DNA from: Eledone cirrhosa
Taxonomy: Eukaryota
Direction of reading: 5' to 3'
Length of the DNA: 64,000 nt
Assembly: GCA_964016885.1 (NCBI GenBank)
Contig: OZ024745.1
Location: forward strand, 108,128,001-108,192,000
Shown: in pieces, positions 54,461 to 64,000 of the stretch
How the letters are laid out: every line of letters starts with the position of its first letter
How positions within the stretch are numbered: position 1 is the first letter of the stretch
Made by a program: the position numbers and the translations under genes
Notes under the pieces: generated by a model
What the model saw: the letters and a program-made list of their open reading frames with translations, nothing else
Told to the model about the DNA's origin: nothing
The model's database searches: none

Positions 54461-54681
54461 CTCTTTAGCATCTACATTACTCTATATTTTCTATTGTATT
54501 TTCACAGTAAAGGCTTAATCTTACATAATTATCTCACGTAATATCGAATCTATGAAATTTTGATGTTATTTATTTTGAGAACAATACCTTAATGTAGGTA
54601 TGAGCAGCCAGTTACAACCAGTTTGAAGAGAAAGAGGTGAGAGAGATCTGGCTGGATATGGCCAGTTTAAATTGTAAAAAG
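54461..54681 (+). mobile_element. piggyBac-type MITE, copy 5, nested in repeat D
   Basis: TTAA at 54457-54460 and 54682-54685. Confidence 0.75.
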
Positions 54682-57432
54682 TTAAAGATGATCCGGTTGT
54701 TATTTCTAACAAAACTAGCAACCACATGGAGATTCCTAGCTTTAGCTTGTCTTCATGTTTCCCATTTTAGTTTTCCACAAAACTCTCACACACACTCACA
54801 TATGGAACCACAAATACAGAAGCACACATAGTGATATCATATAAGCATAATCCCAAAACATACACATGCATACACACTTGCAGGGACAAATAACTAAAGA
54901 CATTTAAGTGTAATGAAGGTAGTATCAGAGACCATTAAGAGAGATGTCTAGGAAATAATGGGGATAATTATTAGTCATCAGATATTTAGTACCAAGCACT
55001 AATATTCATATGAAAACAGAGTCAAAATAAAATTCACTAGATAATTTGCTGATTCCATCTTGAGTGTTTTATCACCTAAGTTAATCTTTGGTACTTGTTT
55101 AAGTAACAACATCAAAGGACTTCCCAAAGAACATCGCTTATGAAATTCATCTTTGATAATGAAAGGTTAACAGATAACCTTAAATAATAAAAAAAATACC
55201 CCTCCCTCAAAAACCAAAACCAAAAACACTGTCTCAGTCATTTTCTTTTACCTTACTTTTATTTTGTTTTAAATTTATTTTACTTTATTCTTTATTCATA
55301 CAAATAATTATTGTTCAATTATCCATTCGAGAAACATAAGCTTTGAAAGTCATAAAGCTGACAACTTTGCCGCTAATCAGCCTCTCACTTTCTTGAAACA
55401 CATAACATATACACATATATGCCCATGTAAACACACACATATACATGCAAACAACTATAGAAAGTTAGCTCAATTCCACAAACACTCAAATTCAGCCATG
55501 CCTGAAAATGGTGATAATTTCTGACCTTTCAGTTTGTCTCAACATTCTACCATGCATAACATACTCCACCATAGCAGATTCCTAGCTTCACCTGTCATCG
55601 GTCTTTTAATTTAGTTTTATTTAATATTCATCTATTACATTATCATTCTTAGAACATTTATCTAGACTGATTTTTAGTGTTACATTTAGATTACAATTTT
55701 TGTTTCTATTTTCTAATGTTTTTTTAAAACTTTGAATAACAAACCACCTACTGCTAATTCTTCATCCTTCATTTTCCCCTAGGGTGTGTTTGATTCTAAT
55801 TTGAAGACACCCCCTGCCACTGTAGAGCAGATTTCTCCCACACAAAACAATTATCAGCCTCCACAGGATACACCAACCAAATTCACTGAATAACAAAACA
55901 GCTGATTAATGCAAACATGACATTCTTCCCACTTCTGTTCTTATAACATAGCTCAACTACTCCAGGACACCTAACTTCATTGCAAGCTCTTCACTGTAGA
56001 TCAACTAGCATTAGGTCATTAGACATACCTTCTTCACCTGCACTTCTTCCACAACTGTGGATCAAACCGCCCATAACACGACACTCCTCCCTTTCAGCAC
56101 TCTTCTGTGGTGATTAGTCTTCTACAGGACACACCTTTTTACCTCTTCAATTCTCAAAGTGGTGGGTAGGTGAATTCCTGACACCTGAGCTGACATTTAA
56201 TTGCCACCACCCCCATCAAACCTACTCATTTGCTTCATACTTCAGTGTGAAATCAACCTATGTTGTGACATAACCCACACTTCAATTGTATATGAATCCC
56301 TTCATCAGTTCACTTTGGTGAGAAAAACTAACAGTTCTATGTTACTATCTATCGAATACATGGTATTGCTTTCACAGTCAAAATATTTCTTTGTTAACAG
56401 TGGTTGGAAATCTGAAGACATACCTTGAAATATTTGAATTAAATGAAAAAATGTAAATCCAACTAGACTGCCCCTCCACCCTGCCACTTCCACCCCACAA
56501 ATAAAAAAACAATAATTGTTTCATTTTTGGCACAATGCCAACAATTTCGGGGGAAGGGGAAAGTCGATTAAATCGACCCCAAAGTATTACTGGTACTTTA
56601 TTTTATTGACCCTGTAAAGATGAAAGGCAAATCTAAACTCAATGAGATTTGAACTCAAAATGTAAAGGAACGTAACTCTATGCCACATAGCATGTTGTCC
56701 GACACTACTAATTCTGCTAATCCCCCATGGGAAAATACTTGCTTCAGTTAGAATATCTCAAAGAAAAGAAATGTGTAGGAGTGGATACAGAAGTAACTGT
56801 ATATATGTAAAAGTATATCTCTGTGGTGTGTGTGTGAGTGTGTGTGTGTATATATATATATGTGAATGTATGCATGTAAATATCATATATTTTAAAATCA
56901 GATGTAGAAATGGAGAGAGAGAGATACAGAGAGAGAGAGTGAGTGTGTGTGTGTTTGTGTGTGTTTGTTTGTGTGTGTGCGTATGTGCATGTGTGTGTGT
57001 GTGGGTGTATGTATATATATATATGTGAATGTATGCAAGTAAATAGCATATATTTTAAAATCAGATGTAGAAATGGAGAGAGAGAGAGAGAGAGATATAT
57101 ATACAGAGAGAGAGTGTGTGCATGTATGTAAGACAGAAACTAAATTCAAGGAAGGATGAAAGGAAAGAGAAAGTGGATAACATTAAAGGCCTCTGGAAAG
57201 ATGCAGTTAAAAAAAGGAGGGTGGAGGGTAGATAGACAGATAGGTAACTAAAGAATGAGAGAGAGACGAGAGAGAGTGAGAAGAGACAGCGACAGAGACA
57301 ATGTACAGCTAGATTATATGATATGACAAAATAGCTATTCAGTTACTGATATTTTATGGAATGTCATAATTGTAATTACTTTCATGTTAGCTATACATTA
57401 CACAATTAAAATTCATACATTTATTATATATA

Positions 57433-57748
57433 CTAGCAGAAAAACCACTCTTCGGGAGGTTTTCTGCAAGCATGTGTAGTGTGTATATTGATATTATACG
57501 CAAGTATATATACATGTAGATATGATACATCAAATAAAATCGTAATTGACAATATGTACAGAAATTGAACGAAGACTGCGCTACACTGTCTTATGTAATC
57601 AGTAACGTAATCCATGATACATTAAAAAAGACGATATTATATATAAACTGCACTAGGAGAAAATTAGTGACAGAAAATTAGTATGTTTATTTAAGCAATC
57701 GCCACCGGAAGTGTTGACATCACACACTCTCTCTTTCTATATATATGG
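57433..57748 (-). mobile_element. Probable non-autonomous Helitron
   Basis: Minus-strand 3' hairpin gcagaaaacc..ggtttttctgc followed by CTAG|T; degenerate 5' end atatatatagaaag. Confidence 0.55.
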
Positions 57749-57940
57749 TAGTTGAAGTGGTGGTGGTGACAACGATATACCGTAAGTGCAACTTTGAAAA
57801 GAAGTCAATTTTAAATTATTTATTTTTACAAAATTATTTTTGTTTACGAAATTGAGTAGATAAATTATGTAATATTCATTCATTATTTATTCAAAGTAAT
57901 CCAACGGGATAAAAAAATATATAAATGAAATGATGATATA

Positions 57941-58488
57941 TCATCATCATCATCATCATCATCGTTTAACGTCCGTGTTCCATGCTTGCATGGGTTTGGA
58001 CGGGAGTTTTCCCACTTGAGGCAAGAGTGGTTGTCTTGCGCACATAGGACTGTCTGGCGGGTTTTCTACAGTTGGATGCCCTTCCTAACACCAACCACAT
58101 TTACAGTGTGGGGCTGGGAGGTTTTTACCGTGTTGCCTACACGGCCACATTACAGCGTGGACTGTATATATATATATATATCATCATTTCATTTCACGTC
58201 CACTTTTCCCTGCTTGCAAGGGTGGGACGGGAACTGATTCTGGCTTGATTTCTACAGCTGGATGCCCTTCCTAACACCAACCTCATTTACAGTGAGTGCT
58301 GGGTGCTTTTTTTCCATGGCGCCTACACGCCCACTTTGCAGGGGAATGATAGGGACCCCAGTCCCTATCATCTCATTTCTACAGCTGAGTAAACTGGAGC
58401 AATGTGAAATAAAGTATCTTGCTCAAGGAAACAACACATCACCCAGTCTGAGAATTGAACTCACAACCTTTCTAAGCCATGTGCCTCC

Positions 58489-58489
<1 letters not shown>
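57941..58489 (-). mobile_element. RTE subfamily-2 3'UTR fragment (57941-58164) and SINE B (58181-58489)
   Basis: Homology to 59647-59870 and 40160-40503. Confidence 0.85.
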
Positions 58490-58555
<66 letters not shown>

Positions 58556-58569
58556 ATATATATATAAAA

Positions 58570-59123
58570 TAAATGTAAGTATGTATGTATACGTACATAC
58601 ATATATGTATACAGACGTACAGTAGCATGCATATATATATATATATATACACATATATACATACAGGTACACATATATATATATGTACGTATCAGTTTAG
58701 CGAACGTTTATTATAATGCTCGCTTTGTCCGTTTGTAAACAAGCGAACAGCCTGATTTATGCCATACGGTGTTAACGCAACCACGTCACCTTTTTGTTCA
58801 ACACTGACACAGGAACGATGTACTAGTTTCAAGCTTGTTAGCTATCATCAGCATCATATACCCTTCTGCCAGATAGTTGAACGTTCGAAAGTATATACTT
58901 TCCTTATGAAAATTAACGGCTGAGCAGCCTAATTTGCATATCGAGTGAGTTTGCTTGTTTACAAACGGACAAAGCGAGCGTTATAATAAACGTTCGCTAA
59001 ACTGATACGTACATATATATATGTGTACCTGTATGTATATATGTGTATATATATATATATATGCATGCTACTGTACGTCTGTATACATATATGTATGTAC
59101 GTATACATACATACTTACATTTA
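58570..59123. mobile_element. Fold-back element with ~175-bp inverted arms and a 200-bp unique core
   Basis: Arms 58570-58748 and 58949-59123 are near-perfect reverse complements. Confidence 0.85.
58796..58882 (-). ncRNA. Type-I minimal hammerhead ribozyme with extended stem I
   Basis: AUGAUG-CUGAUGA-U-AGC-uaacaa-GCU-U-GAAA-CUAG-UA^CAUCGU; outer pairings AGGG/UCCU, CUGGCA/UGUCAG, GUUCAAC/GUUGAAC. Confidence 0.8.
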
Positions 59124-59448
59124 AGTAAGTGCCGTACTAAGAGTGAGAAATGAAATTTTGTTTCATTATATTACAACTTATAATATAATATATATATATA
59201 TAATATAATATTATATATATATTATATTGTATTATATATATATTATATTATATTATACCCTGATGATGCCGACTTTGAAACCATTTCTGATGTCCCACTA
59301 TAAAACCACGAGTAAATTTTTTTTTTTTTTTAAAGAATTTTAAAATTCATAATTATGTAACTATACAGCCTTGGGACGAAGTTCTAGCAGTTTAAAAATA
59401 TATTGATTCTTTGGTGCTTTTTATAAGCATTTTATATATAAGAAAGTA

Positions 59449-59638
59449 TGGTAAGGACCCAGGTGGACCATAATGCACTAGTGTACTCGATACTTAGGGT
59501 AGTAGAGTGGGTCATAGGAAAAGAGTCTGGACTCTGATGGCTGAGCTCCAGCCGTTTCGACAGCTAGATCCAAAGTGTTCGGATCTAGCTGTTGAAACGG
59601 CCAAAGCTCAGCTGTTGGGGGTCCTGACTCTTTTCCTA
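59449..59638 (-). mobile_element. Hairpin-plus-arm element, copy 2
   Basis: Palindrome at 59515-59638; arm homologous to 7452-7517. Confidence 0.75.
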
Positions 59639-59646
59639 TATAATAT

Positions 59647-62337
59647 ATCATCATCATCATCATCATCATCGTTTAACGTCCATCTTCCACACTTGCATGG
59701 GTTTGGACGAGAGTTTTCCCATTTGAGGCAAGAGTGGTTGTCTTGCTCGCATAGGACTATCTGGCAGGGTTTTCTACGGCTGGATGCCCTTCCTAACACC
59801 AACCACGTTTACAGTGTGGACTGGGAGGTTTTTACCGTGTTACCTACACGGCCACATTACAGTGTGGACTGTGTGTTTTTTTTTTGTCGTGACACCTACA
59901 CGACCTCATTTGTTTCGGACTAGATGTTGTGGTACCAACATAACTTTACATTGAAAGGGGTGGTGTGGATGGGGTGGGGGTAGTGGGATGGGGGTGTATT
60001 TTTGTTAGAGGTGCCTACTCACTGTAGTAGGTTTCACTTTGTACTTAGGTAAGGCGGGTCTTCTCTATTACTGTGTAGTGCCAAAGATCTCGGTCCAGCG
60101 ACATTGTCTTGGAGAGGTGTAAGTGTGTGAGGTCAGAATTTATCAAGTCGTCCCAGATTTTTATGGGTCTGCCTACTCCGTGGCTACTGTCTATTTTTAT
60201 TGCTCTGCATTTTTTTATACAGCTGTCGTCTTTCATGAGCATCACGTGACCATACCAACATAGTCTTCTCTCAAGTAAACAACATCTGATCCCTCTTATT
60301 TCTAATTTTTCCCTTAGTTCGTTTATGCTTTGCCGTTCACGTATATTACTATTACACATCCAGCGGAGCATGCAAGCTTCGTTCCTCTCCAGTCTGCGTA
60401 TATCCTCTGCACACAATGCCCAGGTCTCACTGCCATGTTCGTATGCAGGCATCATACAGCCTGCCTTTCATTTTTAGAGAGAACCCTTTAGTGGCTAATA
60501 GTGGTATAAGCTCTCTGAACTTTTTCCATCCAGTTCTGACTCTAGCTACTGTACTTTCAGAGCACCCTCCACCACTGCTGATTTTGTCACCCAAGTAACG
60601 GAAGGTGTCCACTATTTCTATAGAACCATCTGTGCAATGGAATGAGCTAGTATTCTGTGGGCACTTGCTGCTACTTATTGCACCAGAGCAACGGCCACAT
60701 ATAAAATCTATATTCTTAGTTAGCTTACCTGTGATCCCACTACATCTTTTATGCACCCATACTTTGCATTTGGGACATAAAATGGAGTTTCTACCTACTC
60801 CTTTCCTACACACTGAGCATGGCCATTTCCCAGATGGGACCAGTGCCCTATTTTCCTTCCTACAAACTAGGACTTTAGTCTTAGACAGGTTAATTTTAAG
60901 GCCTTTTGATTCTAGGCCATGCTTCCATGTTTGGAATTTCTTTTCTAGTTCAGCCATTGATTCAGCTATGAGCGTTAGATCATCTGCGTATAGGAGTTCC
61001 CATCGGCAGCCAGTCTTGAACTCCACTGTTATAGCCTGAAGGGCAATAATAAATAGTAGGGGGCTAAGAACGGAGCCCTGATGAATACCAACTTTTACGC
61101 TAAACTCTTCACTATATTCGTTGTTAATTCTAACCTTGCTGACTGTTTCTTTATACATGGCTTGTATAGCTCTCACAAGTCATTCATCAACACCTAGTTT
61201 TCTAAGAGCCCACCAGATAATGGAACGGGGGACTCTGTCAAAGGCTTTCTCCAGGTCGACAAAAGCTAAGTATAGGGGTTTACTTTTAGCTAGGTACTTC
61301 TCCTGTAGTTGTCGTACAATGAAAAGAGCGTCTGTGGTACTTTTACCTGACACAAACCCGAACTGCATTTCATCTAGATCAATTCGCTCTCTGATTAGTT
61401 ACGCTATTACTTTTTCTGTGACCTTCATGACCTGGTCGATTAATTTAATGCCTCTATAGTTACCCCTATCTAGGGCATCTCCTTTACCCTTGTAGCAGTT
61501 AATGATGATGCTGCTACGCCAGTCCTTCGGAACAACCCCATTCTGTATGACTTGGTTTACTATCCGGGTGACCATGGTGTGTCCCACCGTTCCAGAAGCT
61601 TTCAGCATTTCAGCAACTATTTCCGAAGGCCCAGCCGCCTTACCCGTCTTCATATCTTTGATTGCCTTACTTATTATACTACCTTTGACTAACACTGCTG
61701 GTCCCTCTATTAGATCGATGTGGGGGAGACTGTCTTTCTCCCATTTATTCTCCTCATTTAGTAGCCTTTTGTAGTGACACTTCCAAGCTACCTTCTTATC
61801 AGCGTCAGTGATGGCAAGTACGCCTTCATCATTAAGGATACACTTCTCCCCGACAATATCACGGTTTTCCTTGACACATTGCCTAGCAATCCTGAACACC
61901 TCACGTTTTTGGTCCTCGCGTTGTAGAACATGCTTGAACTTTCTTTCCTCTGCTTCCCTTCTTGTGAAGTACACTTGTCTCCTAGCTTCCCTCCTGGCCA
62001 CTTGATAGTCTTCTCTACTTCCCCCATCCCGCCATACTTTCCAAGCCTGTATTTTGGCCTTAATTGACTCCTCCACCTTACTGTTCCACCGCCACGTTAC
62101 TCTCCTCCTGCCTATAGGCCTGCTCCAGCCACAGACTTCATCTGCCGCCATCAGCAGGTTTGCTTTCAGGAATTCCCACTGTTCCTCTATATTGTACGAC
62201 TCTAATTGCTCTTCCTTACTGTCGAAAGCATCAAGTAATATGCTTTTAAATTTATTACTGGCTGTGGGGTCCTTTAGCTTCCATATTTTTCTCCTGAGGA
62301 TAGTCCTCTTCTGTTGTCGAGTACGTCTCGTCCTGAC

Positions 62338-62338
<1 letters not shown>
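59647..62338 (-). mobile_element. 5'-truncated, disrupted RTE-clade LINE (subfamily 2): RT domain, PHD-like finger, 3'UTR, (GAT)n tail
   Basis: ORF pieces 61399-62151, 61180-61368, 60427-61176 and 60045-60455 with GNYRGIKL, QFGF, FVDLEKAFDRVPR, QGSVLSPLLF, LLYADD, FRYLG. Confidence 0.95.
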
Positions 62339-62382
<44 letters not shown>

Positions 62383-63014
62383 TCATCATCTTCGTTTAAC
62401 GTCCATTTTCCACGGTAGCATGGGTTAGACGGTATATATATATTGTTTCAGCTGTGCTGAAGAGGACCTGTCCCACCCTTTCAAGCAAGGAAAAGTGGAC
62501 GTAAAATGATGATGATGATGATGATATATATATATATGTATACTAAGAAAAAGGTTATTGTTGTGAAGACTTGACTATTCTGGATTTGTCACATAGATAG
62601 ATGGTCAAAAGATTAGATGTAATCCCTAAATACAAATACACTAATTGAGAACCATATTGTAAAATCTCACATATAGTAGTAGCTGGTCTGGTCTTGTTGC
62701 TGTTTTTTAGCTCAACATCAGTCATCATTAATAAGAACTATGATAAAAAGCATTCTAATCATGCCCATCCCATCGTCTTTTACATAATTAGCATATCTAG
62801 AACAAGATTATCCAATATGTCTGTCTCTGTTTATTCTTTTTTTAAGACAGTAGGGTGTAATTAGAGGAGAAATTTGGTAGCTATTTTTGGCATGTTGAGT
62901 ATATAGATAAAGGGTCTCCAACTCAAAAGTGTTATTACATCCTGGGATAAGAGGCACAGCAGGCATGATTTTCACCAGTTATAATGCTCATCTGCAATAC
63001 AGCTGATAGGCTGC

Positions 63015-63056
<42 letters not shown>

Positions 63057-63746
63057 GGGTGGTAGATTGGCAGAGCATGGGACAACATGCTTAGCAGCAT
63101 AGAGTTATGACCATTTACGTTCTGAGTTCAAATCCTGCCGAGGTTAGCTTTGCCTTTTATCCTTACCGGGTCAATAAAATAAAGCACCAGTAATGCATTG
63201 GGGTTGATTTAATCAACTTTCCCCTCCTCTTCAAATTGCTGGCCTTGTTCCCATAGTAGAAATCATCACCGAGGTTAACTTTGCCTTTCATCCTTACGCG
63301 GTCGATAAAATAAAGCACCAGTAATGCACTGGGATAATTGCTGGCCTTGTGCCAAAAATAGAAACAAAGGGCGGTGGATTGGCAGTATCGGTAGAGGGTC
63401 GGACGCCATGCTTTCCAACATAGTTACGTCCCTTTACGATCTGAGTTCAAATCCCGCCAAGGTTGACTTTGCCTTTCATCCTTACGGGGTCGATAAAATA
63501 AAGTACCAGTAATGCACTGGGATAATTGCTGGCCTTGTACCAAAAATAGAAACAAAGGGCGGTGGATTGGCAGTATCGGTAGAGGGTCGGACGCCATGCT
63601 TTCCAACATAGTTACGTCCCTTTACGATCTGAGTTCAAATCCCGCTAAGGTTGACTTTGCCTTTCGTCCTTACGGGGTCGATAAAATAAAGTACCAGTAA
63701 TGCACTGGGATAATTGCTGGCCTTGTGCCTAAAGTAGAAACAATTA
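63057..63746 (+). mobile_element. SINE A cluster: older copy (63057-63262) plus head-to-tail multimer (partial 63268-63368, full 63369-63556, full 63557-63746)
   Basis: 188-bp periodicity with near-identical units. Confidence 0.9.
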
Positions 63747-63965
63747 TTATTAATGAAAATGAATACCCTTGAGATAGTAAGTCAGATATGTGAATTTGAA
63801 CAAAATGTAGGGGGACAAATTTTCAATTACAAACTTTCCCAAATTTCATGTTTTTCTTTTGGTTAATTCACATTTTTCCATTTTCACGTTTGATAAATTT
63901 TTTTATTTTTTTCTTCCATTTTATTGTATTTTATGGATAAATTTCAAAGAATTGTACTATAAATA

Positions 63966-64000
63966 CAGGTAAAATTCCGTTATAACGAATACTAGTATAA
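63966..64000. mobile_element. Left TIR of a Tc1/pogo-type MITE, running off the window
   Basis: TA + CAGGTAAAATTCCGTTATAACGAA, as at 4538/4881. Confidence 0.7.

Noticed and set aside
55780-56320. Decayed Penelope GIY-YIG region
   Set aside because: Only a short FTCTSS-like peptide with many stops; too degenerate to call.
59258-59290. Hammerhead candidate CTGATGA..GAAAC (similar motifs near 10283 and 56303)
   Set aside because: No pairing stem II or stem I and no proper cleavage triplet.

Overview
AT-rich, repeat-saturated animal genomic DNA. The SINE/RTE/microsatellite landscape suggests a mollusc, probably an octopod cephalopod; this is inference, not a database result. No intact long host CDS is visible, and most ORF-track entries are artefacts of (TA)n/(CA)n/(GA)n runs or minisatellites. 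Recognisable content: decayed RTE-clade LINEs (4955-6130, 16951-18147, 59647-62338), CRE-like, CR1-like, mariner and hATm fragments, several tRNA-headed SINE families, piggyBac-, hAT- and Tc1/pogo-type MITEs, two Helitron-like elements and four minisatellites. Most interesting observations: (1) a complete minimal type-I hammerhead ribozyme fold inside a ~550-bp element with ~175-bp inverted arms; (2) a covarying hairpin+pseudoknot module in RTE 3'UTRs and SINEs, amplified to a ~24-unit array behind a SINE head; (3) a phase-compatible chain of short exons that could encode a 76-aa secreted peptide precursor; (4) a family made of a long terminal hairpin plus a conserved arm; (5) retro-insertions with fold-back or templated 5' junctions. 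All calls were made by eye; nothing was computed or searched.
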